A stretch of 63,617 nucleotides of DNA, filler included, from Lenisia limosa (Eukaryota; Protista; Breviatea), in the NCBI GenBank assembly GCA_001655205.1. It is 9 parts of 9 records of this genome, joined end to end, with 100 filler letters (N's around TTAATTAATTAA, not from the genome) between each part and the next. Parts side by side here need not be neighbours in the genome. Positions count along the whole stretch, not along the records: positions 31,639 to 54,199 come from LPNZ01011489.1; 8 more parts are not named here. The stretch is one strand, 5' to 3'. Positions 37,456 through 48,940 of the stretch are shown one piece after another (position 1 is the stretch's first letter; each line of letters starts with the position of its first letter). Both the position numbers and the translations under genes were made by a program. The notes beneath the pieces are model-generated. The model made no database searches and was not told where the DNA came from. It was given only the letters and a program-made list of their open reading frames with translations.

Positions 37456-40400
37456 TTAGAGGGAATGGTTATAGTCAAGAGGGACGCTGCGAGAAGGTTT
37501 CTTGTTCTTTTTGACGAAGAACACAGCTGTTCCAGCCACGCCAATCACCGCAACACTACCCTGGAGTGTCAATAACTGTGATGCTGGCCTGAGAATCACG
37601 ACAAAAGAACTGCACCCGTAAAACCAATAATACAAAGAAGTATAAAATGAGCAAAGGAGAAAAGCATGTTTCATATATTCATGTTGGCTTGTTCTCTTAT
37701 TCTCTCTATGAACAACAAGACAAATTGTACGAACTAACCATGATGAGGTAAAGAGCCGAGTTGGACGACGAAGACTCCTGCTCATCCTCATTCTCCTGAC
37801 CTTCTTCTTGGTCCATTGTGGCCTCGAACATAATCTGCTCCTCAGCTGTCTTGAAAATAGTCTCGGTCTAAAACGGTCAGAGTTCGGCATAACAAATGAA
37901 CATGATATTGCCCCNNNNNNNNNNNNNNNNNNNNNNNNNNNNNNNNNNNNNNNNNNNNNNNNNNNNNNNNNNNNNNNNNNGTTGGCTATATGTATTATAT
38001 CTTCGACACCAATAGACTACCAAGCTTTACTCCGTTTGAGCAGATCTGTCCCCAATAAATTTCCTTTTTCATCATCCTGGCAAACCTCCTCACGTCTACC
38101 ATCGCCAGTGCAGCACTGGATGGACCAGGGACCGGGACAAAGTCCGCGGGTGGTGGTACCAGTGCACTTCTCATAATTCACACAGAATCCTAACGTGATG
38201 AATAGGTAAAGGAGTATTGTTAATTTGAGATAGTCTCCATTTGCCTCATCATTTTTGAACCGAGACAGTGTACTCTCCACAAACCATCATCGCCGCCCGC
38301 ATTGCACTTGGCTTTGGCGTGTACGCAACATTGGATATCCCTGAAATGTCACAGTATCAATAAATCAAGAGTACAACAATCAACATAATTGAGTAAAATA
38401 ATCGTTTTGAAGAAAGTCTGGAAAGAGCACAAAAGAGAGCACTACCCACCAGGCGCCAGGGCACTTGCCGGAGATTGTGTATCCGGTGCATCCAGACACG
38501 TGACCACATTGACCTTCGATACCATTGATATAGCATGCTAGAGGTAAATTGCGACCGGAAGAGAACTGGTATGCTCATAGTTAAACTGTTACAGAGACGG
38601 AAAAAAACCAGTTTATTGCTTACAGGTACTAGAAGGTGCGGAGAATTTACCAGCACCAATCCAGGCATTGAAAGTCTCTTGGGCAACAACAAAGTGCATA
38701 CCTTGCGGGGTGAATGAAAAAAACAATCCTATCAGCTGTGATGTCAATTTAATCCATGGAAGTTTCATAACCCCTCACCATCCTCAGTGCCGAAGCCAGC
38801 ACCCCAGTACCAGCCAAAGCGGTTGAAGTATTTGTACAGTTCAATAAGACCAACCTGAAAATTAAACCCCCAAAAGTATTACTTTTGTTGCAAGAAACAT
38901 TTCTGGGATGAGTAAATTGTATAAATGACAACAAAAACAATATGATATACTACATAAAACAGGGAATAGATGAATAGAAATCGAATTTTCTTTAGTTACA
39001 GAATGGAGATAAAGTTTTCATGCTCTAGTCACAATCCTTACACCTGCATCGTACCTGAACCTTTCCGTCTCCATATTTGTCGAGGACACCGTCAATCTTA
39101 ATGTCAACTACGATGATTAATAAAAGATGAAAAATATTTGAATCTGGTAGAAACCATGGTGAATAAATAACAAAGCCTGGATTGTCACATTACAGGCGCT
39201 GTCATGATCATTGAATATTTTTAGTTTTTGATATTGTATTGATTAGGTCTGCTTTTTAACCCACTTGCGGCACCCCAGGAGTGGACAGAAAAGTTGTTTG
39301 AGCTGGCCACACGTCTGCAGCACTGCATCTGAGCAACGCTGAGCACGGAGTAGAGCTAAACAGTGAAATATGCATTGCAAAACAAAAATACTTGTTTGAA
39401 TAACGACCACAATAGATTAATAAACGTACCTCGGGGCTCTCCGCCTCAACAGCAGCAAAGATCTTCTTGAGTGACTCAAGAGCGGGCTTAAGACCAGTGA
39501 CACTGAAGGGCCCAACCTGCGTTAGTCAGGTTTCTGTAAACAAAAAACAATAACATGTGTCAATTAAACCCCAAACATTATCTGTGACAATGTGCTTCTT
39601 AAGGAGATCATTTCCAACGTCAGTGCAAGAAGATGACTTGAGTGATTAGAAAACTTACCAGAATAAAGACAAAAAATGCTCTCTACCTTTGTATCAAACA
39701 AAGGTTTTCTAACGTAATTTCGGAGTAGATTACAGAGAAAAAAAAAGAAATACCTCACGGATACCGAGAGAGAGCAAGGGCTGCCAAAGGTGTTGTGAAG
39801 GAGAGACTGACGGAGGGTGGTGAAGCCTTGAGAGAACACCCTAAAAGTAAAAAAGAGAGCCCAAAAACAACATTCATAATAGCTGTAAAGACACCTTCAG
39901 ATATACTTGAAAAAAACCGTTTTAATTTTACCACTTATTTATACCCGTAGACAATCAGTTTTTTTGATTGACTATTTCATACAACTCAGCCTACCAGTTT
40001 GGCCTGTCAACAGTAGCAGTAAAGTCAGTTTTGTCTTCAACATTGCTGTTAAGGCTTGAGCCATTGCCACTATTGGGAGCGTATTTACCACTAAACGGTA
40101 AGATTCAAGTAAACAACTCAATGCTATCAGACAATGGCAGGTAAATTTTCATTCCTTCCCAAAAAAAAGTCTGACTTCTCGATATATCTCAAGAAGTAAA
40201 GCACACTGTCAACAACGTAACCAATCACCAACGTTTTGAGGATGTCGGTGTTTCTGTCACAGCGGCTCTTGACCTGGCGGCAGTACTTGCTATCGCGCAT
40301 GTTGGCTACACAGGTTATTACATTTTGAAAGGGTGATCACGATGCGAACATTGTTCAACCAGTGAAGCCCCCCCCCCCCCACCAGCAGCAGCGTCCCACT

Positions 40401-41306
40401 CCTCATTGGCAACCTGACGACGGAAGTTGGTCCATTTTGAGACACCATAGCTGCCCACTACGCTCGTTAATCTTTGGAATAGTTTTTGCTTTTACACAGG
40501 CACAAATTGACAAGCTTGAAAAAAAAAGAACCACCCAGGATTGCAAGCATAGTTCATGAACGCTGACAGTTGAAAGTGAAGTCGATCATAACCATGCGGC
40601 GATCACATGTCATTTCGTCCATAGTTGGGAAGCTCTTACGCGCTCCAGCAACATAGGGAGGAAGGATAGCGCTAAACAAGATGGTTACAATCAGCACTAT
40701 ATGTTCTGATGAGAAATAAAACTAAGTGCACGTTAGTAAGATATATGGGATTATACAGATATAGAGAGTAATGTTGAAAAGCAAAATAGTGATGAACATA
40801 TAATTCCAATCCTGGACTACATGAAAAGTTGACTGATCTCGTGGCTAGAGAGGCATCTATCTCCGTCAAAGACCTGTGTTGTGAGTGGTAAAAGACAATG
40901 ACAGGTACCAGATCCCCTCAAACGGCTTGGAAGGACACACCAGGAAGAGCATTCTCGAAGGTGCTTTTTCCTCCATTCTGCTCCATGTTGAAGCCAATAC
41001 CAACCTGAACAACCATGAGAAAAGTTGATGGGGATAAGAAGTCGTGGGAAGTATGTGCTTACAGTTCTAAGACCCTCTGTGTCATCATAACTGCAGGATC
41101 TGGATCCTTCATTCAACTAAAAAGGTGATTTGACAAAGAGGGGGAAAAGAAGAGGTTTTGAGGTGATTAACTCACAACAGAGACTGCACAATAAAGTTAG
41201 AATCTACCGCCAGTCAAACCTTGATGTAACTGGCAACGTAAGTCTCGTCACAAGCATGAAGAAGGCCAAACAACGCCAAAAAGGCGGCAAAGATGAGGGC
41301 TCTCAT
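37456..41306 (-). CDS. Putative membrane-anchored dual peptidoglycan hydrolase: signal peptide + T4-type (GH24-like) lysozyme + M15 Zn-peptidase + 2 Cys-rich repeats + acidic stalk + TM
   Basis: About 17 exons splice in frame: MRALIFAAFLALFGLLHA; YIK|LNEGSRSCSYDDTEGLRT|VGIGFN; IDFTFN|LGSYGVSKWTNF...EEWDAAA|ANMRDSKYCRQVKSRCDRN..ILKT|GKY...; SVHSWGAA|IDIKIDGVLDKYGDG; FNRFGWYWGAGFGTED|GMHF; CYINGIEGQC..SGCTGYTISGKCPGAWDIQCC and FCVNYEKCTGTTTRGLCPGPWSIQCC; SALYLIM|GSVAVIGVAGTAVFFVKKNKK...DYNHSL*. Confidence 0.85.
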
Positions 41307-41570
41307 CCGGATCTGCGATATATACTTAGCTTATAAGGGATATGTGTTGTGGTGTGTTAGTGATGTACGTGAGTAGGTGGTAAAACCCTGAAACAATGCT
41401 GAAACAAGGTTCTGAGAAGAGCAAAAGCATTTTAAAAGTAGTTCAAACTGGGGAGCATACTACCCATTTTATCATCCCTTTGTATCTTCGCTTCTTCCCA
41501 TTCTCTCCCTCTTGGCAAACAAGAATAAAACAACGTTTATTTAACTTCAGATCGCTTTAGATAATTTTCG

Positions 41571-44513
41571 ATGAGTACTCTGAGGAAAGTCTTATATTCT
41601 CTCCATCCTGAATGCCATGGAGATTTTTGCCTTCCTGTAGATGGCACTAAGGTGACATTTGGTCGTAAAAAGGAATGTGATGTCCATGTTCGTGATCCTA
41701 GGGTCTCTGGAAGACATTGCAGCTTTTACATTTGTTCCAGCGATGACAAAGTTATCGTCGAAGACCTTGGAGCAAAAAACAAGGTGTTTTTGAATGGAGT
41801 TGCTATTCTCCCCAATCAAACCAAAACTTTAGAACAAGATGATATTATTGTCCTTGGAAACACTGATGTCAAAGCTGCAAAGGCAAACAACAAGCAATCT
41901 GAATGTTTGTGGAGGTACTTCTTCTATCATTTTTGTTTGGGCCATTCCTATCAATAGCCATTCATGATAGTAGTGTTTGTTGCACTTCGTGTGTCCTACA
42001 TTGACGAAGATGAGGACTCAACTGCCACGGATAGTGGCGAAGACCTTCCGATTGAACGTATGAAACGGGGTGTTTGGTTTTTTTTGTTTTTTTTTTGGAT
42101 TAAAAAAACAGACATAGTATGATATCTTTCATTTTCCCCCCTTTCCAACATTTTTAGCGGAAGTGAACGACCTTCCTCCACCAGCTGACCCTTCCACTTC
42201 TTCAATCTCCCTGAAATCAGACATTTCAGCTGTGCCTCAGGTGCCTTCTGGTTGGTCTTCCGCATAGGTCTCATGCATTGTCAACAATTTACCACTAAGC
42301 AAAAACATGAGTAAATGGAAATGATGACATATTACTACGTAACAAATGATATACATACTAATATCGATATATTGTTGTGGTGAAAAATACATGTTCAACA
42401 GGATATTATGTACTATACTAATTACATATTACATGAAAAGATGATGTAAAGCTTGGTGGTCCGATTGTTATTTCTACTTTTGGAAGAAATTTATGGTTTT
42501 CATTGCAACTATTTTTTCCACATCCTTCATTCATCAGATCCAATTGTCAAATCGGACACAATTGACCGTACTCCTTCAGCTACCCCCAAAGAACCTTCTC
42601 CTACTCCTTCGCCTTCTCCTACACCTACACGTATGCGCAAGGGGGTCACGGGATGTTTGGTCATGGATGAAAGTATGGTCACTCCTTTACGGTGGCAATG
42701 ACATCCCCATTACCTTGAAAAGAGTTTTCATTCCCTAGCCTCCCTCAAACGTGGTCGTACTGACGCTCTGGCCGAAAATATGATGTGTGGAATCTGCATG
42801 GACATCCTTCACAAGCCGGTTTCTGTCCTCCCTTGTCTGCACAACTATTGCTCGTTTGTGGTGGTATCACCTTCAATCTAAGATTCACTGGGTGCGACAA
42901 ATATGGTAGCTTACAGTTTTGTGATATTTTTTTAAGGTGACAAGTGGAGGCTACTTTTGGATTAGTTGACATTTTTAGAGCCTGCTACGCTACTTCGAAG
43001 TTACAGTGTTGCGCACATTGCCAAGCGGAAATCAAAGAGTAAGCCATGTTGATGAGAAAGTTAACATTGAAGTTATAATAGTTGAGTTTTAATCCAATTC
43101 TCAAATGCTGTTCTGATAAAGTAGCGTGCAAAAGAACCACCAGCTGGCCAGCATCATTGAAACCTTCCTTACTGAGCACCCCTCTCGTCGCCGTGACCCG
43201 GACGAACTAAAGGATATGGACGAAATGGATACAGTCGAGGTGAGCAAGAATATGTTTACTACTTCTAGATTGGGGTTGCTTGAATGATCATTTTTTGGTC
43301 ATTTCTCCATTGTTAATCTCACACTCAATATTAAGTTGAAAGCACCGAAGCGCCATCGAGGCTACAACGCGTTTTCTGACGACGAGTCCGAGAATGAAAG
43401 TGATGAGGAAGAACTTTGTCCCACTTGTAACACAAGAAGTGAGGGGTTGTTTACGTTCAATTCATATAGAGTTGTTTTTGAGTTATTTTTGACAAAGTGC
43501 CTTACTGTGTTTCACTACTCTGTAGACCCTCTCTGCAATGATCAAACCAGACACGTACAGTATGGGGATCATTTTTTCGGTAACATTTTCATATAGTTAC
43601 GATATATGATATGATTTATTTTCAGTGGTTATTCCTGCTTTTTTGATTGTTCAGCTGCACCATCTGCTATGGAAATAGGAACCAGAACAACCTCACTGCA
43701 TGTATGGAAATGATCTTTGTTGAAACATAGTGTGGTTTTGTTTTGACATTTCTAGGTTTTGTTTGTAAGTCAAGTTACTGTGAAAACTGTCGCCCTGCAA
43801 AGTTCAAGGATTATCCTCCAACTTTCCCTACAGCCTTCCCCCAAAACAATCCTGTGAGTACCTTGCAACTCTTGAATTGTTCTCATCCTCCCAGTCTGAG
43901 TTGAAAACAACTGTGGACTACATACGCACTCACTCCTCTCTTCCCGAGTACCACCAAAGACTTGGTGAAATTCTTGAAAGCAAGGAGGTTCAAGATCTTC
44001 TTGGTTTGCGAGTGGAGTGTACTGAGGCTTGTCATCTTCCTTAGTTTTCCTCAATTATCCGTTCAACCTTTGATTTCTTAGGAAATGGAAAGTTCTCTTC
44101 TGAAGAAGTCGTCTGCAGATCTTGCTTCGCGAATACTATCAAAAACTACCTCATCTATGCTTATAGAAAGGAAATCCCAAAGGATAAGTATGAGGGCTCT
44201 CTGTATCTTTCATCAACTGGAATTTCTGACTTTTCATTTCAATTACAATGGGGTTTTGTGTGTCTCATTATAAGTTAGCTGACCTTCTAGGCTTCCTCCT
44301 GCAATTGCAGCACGTAGCGACTGCTGGTGGGGTAAACATTGTAAGCGGGGAAACGTAAGAATGTGGAACTCAAAAGGCAAAAAGCTGGGGTTTTTTAAAT
44401 CCCTCCCAAAATATCCCAATGAGCATGCTTTGACCTCTTAAGGCCGTACCCAGTCCAGACACCCACATGCTGAAAAATTGAACCACATCTGTGAGCAAAC
44501 TAGAAGAGGGTAG
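41571..44513 (+). CDS. CHFR: E3 ubiquitin ligase CHFR (FHA + RING + Cys-rich + PBZ)
   Basis: FHA VTFGRKKECDV...VSGRHC...VEDLGAKNKVFLNG; RING CGICMDILHKPVSVLPCLHNYC..C..C..C; NHQLASIIETFLTEHPSRRR; PBZ DCWWGKHC|RTQSRHPHAEKLNHICEQTR. Confidence 0.92.
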
Positions 44514-46062
44514 AGTGGTGATTTGTTTTGTGATTATTTATTTCTTTTTTCTTTAATGAGCACATTGAGATGTGAAAAATTAAATAATAACATCAGTCAT
44601 GGGGAAAAGTAAAAAGAAAGTACAGTAATAGCTTAGAGAGACAGGTTGTCGTTTGGAGAATGTGGCTCTGGGGAGCTCTTTAGTCGAAGGAGAAATTGCT
44701 CAATCTGAATAATGAAATATGTGCAGAAGACCTCCTAAAGGTGGAGAAGAAACCAACAGACTACTTTTTCATGAAAAAAAGAATTAAACCTTTTCCCTCT
44801 CAACAGTGTCCCCATTGCCAACTTCTTTCTCTTCATTCCATTCTTGAACGTAATTCACCGGTCTGGTCTGAAGAGAATGTGCAGAGTGGACAACAGGCAG
44901 GGGAACTACAACAGTTTAAGACACATCACTTTCATTTCTATCACAAATAGTTGACTAAAAAGCATATTAAATGATACAAGAAATGAAAATGTACCACAAA
45001 ACTAAGAATAAAAGTGGCTAACCTTCCTTAGGAATAAAGATTTTCACTGCAACTTCACCAATGCTGCGTTCCTCATTATCCTAAAATGATGTTAAAATAC
45101 TAAAAAAGGCCACAATATCTTCATTTCCCTCAGAAATATGAGATGATCAGTATGTTGCAATGACAAAAAAAAGGTTGACCCAACCATTCGTAAAAAGTCC
45201 AACGTTCGCTGTTTTGCTGCTTTTTGTGCAAGGCGGTATGCTCTTCCTCCCTTGGCGGGGCTGGTATCTGAAGCAGAATAAATCAATTTCGAATAGGAAT
45301 TTGTTCAGTTTTAGGTCTTAACACCCATGAACACCTTCATTGTTTTCTTGGCCAAGGGGTGCCTCGTTTTCCTCTTCAACTAAGCAGTAAATATAGGTAG
45401 GGGCGGAGTACTTGAGTGGTTTGATAATTCCTAAATAAACACTAATGCAGATGAAAATGCATCTCAAGAACGTATGAAAACAGATGTGACAAAGTCATTG
45501 TGCTATTACGCTATTACCTGGCTGAGGAATGGAAAGGGACTCTTGGGAAATAACTGTTTCAACTTCAACACTTTCTGGATCCAAAGAAGGCTAAATATGT
45601 TAACCGAATCAAGCATCAATAAATTACCAAATGATATTATTTATAATATTATCCACCCCAACATGTGAAAACAAACAAGTTTTACTCACCAAACAAGTTC
45701 CTAAAGCAAGAGCACATTGTGCATTAAATTCCTTAAACTTGTCCTGTAATCGTTTTGCGTGATTCTGGAACATAAAATAGCTGAACGAAATTGACAAGAT
45801 AATTTGGAAAAAGTGTACAAGAAATCCAGCAAACCACAATTTTGGTCCAAGAAGGGGTCAGGGGCTCAGATGAGAGGATTCCAGCACATGAATTCTGAAA
45901 AGTCACTTATACGATAATATTATTCTATAAAGCCTTTGATGTCTGCAATTCTAACTCTTTGGCACCTCCTGAATCTGTGACATAAGACGGATTTAGGAGT
46001 GCAGGGGCTATTGTCCTTATTCATGAGTCTAATCCTTGTAGGTATGATGGGGAGGCACGCAG

Positions 46063-46200
46063 AAAGCTGTGTGCACAAAGTTGTAAGGCAAATGATTGGG
46101 TGAATGAATATTGTACTATAATCCAATATCTCTAAGAAGCGTGATGGTGTGGACGGCTTCGGACAGATACTACCTTATTTTGTATTTCTGATTGCTATAT
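46063..46200 (+). repeat. Dispersed repeat family B (long copy)
   Basis: AAAGCTGTGTGCACAAAGTTGTAAGGCAAATGATTGGGTGAAT...ATCCAATATCTCT...CGTGATGGTGTGGACGGCTTCGGACAGATACTACCTTATTTTG. Confidence 0.85.
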
Positions 46201-46357
46201 AATACTAACTCACAAGACATACCGTCTGTCTTTTGATTGCCCGTGCTAGCATGGAGCTTCGTAACGCAAAAACAACAGGAATATCTAACTTGGGTAATTT
46301 TGGGAACTGGGTTAGATAAATTTGAATTGTTAATATGCGATTGATTGCGAGAAGTCT

Positions 46358-46988
46358 TCAATCACTCACAAAAGGCAATGTATAATCAAGGTTGGGTTTC
46401 GGTATTCTTGTGTAAATCCACCCACTATGGAATTCGGCAGCTTTCAGAATTTGATAAATTTTGGCATCTGTCCCAGCTTTACCAATAATTTGCTCAATAT
46501 TTGTCACCATTACGATACCTGAGTAATTTAATGTTTCAAGAAAGAAAATACACTCAAGGAAATTATCAATACAGCTCAGGCAAACCTTCCAGTTTATTAG
46601 CAACAGCCTTGGTAGTTACCTCATTGAGTCCACGACAGAAACACAGCTTTGGTTTTTTGTTGCCTTTGGCCTAAGAACATGACGGTTGAAGCTGAAGATT
46701 GCCAATAATCAACACCAAAACCTTTTTCTTTCTTTCCATCTGAATTTTGTCTAATGCAACCAAAAACTCGTAAACCTGCCTAGTTCGGTCAACGGTACTA
46801 AACCCAAACCTATCCAGTCTTTCCGTCACAACTTGGTAGCAATAGTCTCTAACTAAGGGAGTTGTCTTTTTCTTTTGAAAAAGCTTCATGACACTACTGT
46901 CAACTTTACCAGAATGTGCTGCTTCCTGGATGGACATCCCATGTTCTTGTTCAAAAGTGTTAGACTGCAAAGTGAGCATATGTCGCAA
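46358..46988 (-). pseudogene. Decayed intronless ORF fragments between two family-B repeats
   Basis: Adjacent 105-aa and 81-aa ORFs with protein-like composition, no obvious introns, and stops/frameshifts between them; no family recognised. Confidence 0.3.
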
Positions 46989-47582
46989 AAAAAGTACTTA
47001 GTACCTAGAATGAGAAGAGTGAAACATTTGAATTGTCTCATAGTGTTCTTATAAAAATGCACAAACCTGGTCAGGCTGCTCACGCTTTTCTTTTAGTGAC
47101 TCTTCTGGATCGATTCCGGGTTGTTCTTTCTTTTGTGTGGGGTCTTTTAAAGGCTACAATGATATTATGGGAAACTTGCACACCATTTTTCTATTCGGGC
47201 TTCCGTCAATAAACTCAATTAATGATTCTGTTTATGGTACATTGTAACTCGATTGCAACATAGAAAACGGAATACTATATCACACCCACCACGCCGTTCT
47301 GCTGCATCCAAAAGTCAAGTCTCTCCTCATTTCGCGTTTGAACTGTTCGAGTCAAATGCAGACTTGTCTGGAGGGTGGAGATTTTCCTGTTCAATTAAAA
47401 AGAAACTAAAAGAAGTGTCAATATATGTAAAGTTAATTTTCACAGTTGTTATTTGAAAATACAAGCGATACAGTTCACGAGAAAATAAATGGTGACATAC
47501 TTTGGGGGTTTTGACTGTTGGGGCGTTCTCTAAATTATATAAACGCGGTTTCCCTAAAAAAGAACTATATATGAAGAACGCA

Positions 47583-47696
47583 AAAAGCTGTGTACCCAGT
47601 GTTGTAAGACAAACGACTGGGTGAATAAATACCATATCATAATCCAATATCTCTGATAAACGTGATGGTGTGGACGGTTTCGCTGGATACAAGCTT
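47583..47696 (+). repeat. Dispersed repeat family B (long copy)
   Basis: AAAAGCTGTGTACCCAGTGTTGTAAGACAAACGACTGGGTGAAT...ATCCAATATCTCT...CGTGATGGTGTGGACGGTTTCGCTGGATACAAGCTT. Confidence 0.85.
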
Positions 47697-48664
47697 GTTA
47701 TATGTTCCATCTTATCAATCAATTATTAATGATAAAACTCAAATAATTAAAACTAACTTTTACAGTATTTGCGGATTCATGTTGCTTTGATGGAAGTAGT
47801 TCATCAATAGGGTGTGGCCTGCTTTTCTTCTTCTTCCTTCGAGACTTGGCAGCAAAAGGTCCACTGAAGGAATTAGGGAGTCTGGTTTCAATTTGGAAAT
47901 GATTATTATATGATATGTAGTATTAAATGTATTATATCATATATCATATCATATATCGATATATATATATATATTATATGTCATATAAAGTATATCATAT
48001 ACAATCCCATAACAAAAAACAAATAAAAAGGTGCCAAAATATTAGTACAGTAATGTCCCTCACAACGAAATTCAACACTACTTCATCTCATTCACCAAGT
48101 GATAGGTTTAACCTATTCGCAATAATATTTCGCTCAGAAAGTCGAATAATGAGTCAACAACTTACCCCTTTGATTAAATAGAAAATATGGGAGAGAAAAA
48201 ATACAATAAATCCTTGAAAGCTTGATTTCAAGAATAGTGAAAGATTATAGGAAGGCTCACTTTGTAAACGTAGCCACATTTTGTAAGGTTAACCTAGAAT
48301 ACATTAAAATATAATAGAAAGCAGAGTATTGAATATAACCAACGTTGACGGCTTAAACTTGTCTTCACGCATTATTGAAACTATTTGGCTCAATTCTATT
48401 ATTATATTTGGCTTAAATCATCATATTATTATTATATTTATAACATCATGAGGAGAGAAGGGAGAGAGAGAGCGCGAGAGGGTTTGTAAGCAGGGCAGGG
48501 CCAGCAGGGCTTAGTTTATATGCTTTTATACATGATCGCGGGTACAAAGTCACCATCCCGCGACCCTGCGAAGAACAAATATAATAATAATAATCTGGGG
48601 TAACGCACAACAAAATTGATTTTGCCAAAGGTCGGGTTTCAATTTAGAAGGTCAACATATGTGA

Positions 48665-48736
48665 GGGTTGTTGGTCTAGTGGTATGATTCTCGCTTAGGG
48701 TGCGAGAGGTCCCGGGATCGATCCCCGGATGACCCC
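48665..48736 (+). tRNA. tRNA-Pro(AGG): tRNA-Pro, anticodon AGG
   Basis: GGGTTGT/ATGACCC acceptor stem, D-arm TGGTCTAGTGGTATGA, anticodon arm CTCGC-TTAGGGT-GCGAG, T-arm CCGGG-ATCGATC-CCCGG, followed by a T-run Pol III terminator. Confidence 0.96.
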
Positions 48737-48940
48737 TTTTTTATTTTCAACCCAAATTTGCTTTTGTTTGGATAAGCTATTGTTTTTTTCAATCCTGAAT
48801 TTTAAAAATTGGCCTCTTGTTGCTTGTTTTCTTTTGACATATTTATTTTTTCTAATAGAAGTGATTTCTTTTAGCCTGTTTAATTCTAAGTTATCCTCTT
48901 GATTGACACTCTCCAGTTTCATTTCAGGCAATGTAGAGTT

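Noticed and set aside
41176-41183. 8-nt microexon (CAG|TCTCTGTT|GTGAGT) in intron 1 of the lysozyme fusion
   Set aside because: Inclusion creates an immediate stop; direct splicing gives YIKLNEG, which fits the lysozyme consensus.
45569-46135. Long plus-strand frame with many TAA/TGA codons, suggesting stop-codon reassignment
   Set aside because: Recognised genes end in TAA or TAG (one orphan in TGA) and need no readthrough; the stop density is what AT-rich non-coding DNA gives.
47920-48000. ATATC/TATA-rich tracts (also 17330-17400, 28110-28200, 53640-53740, 59300-59420) as a mobile family
   Set aside because: Simple low-complexity microsatellites with no defined ends.
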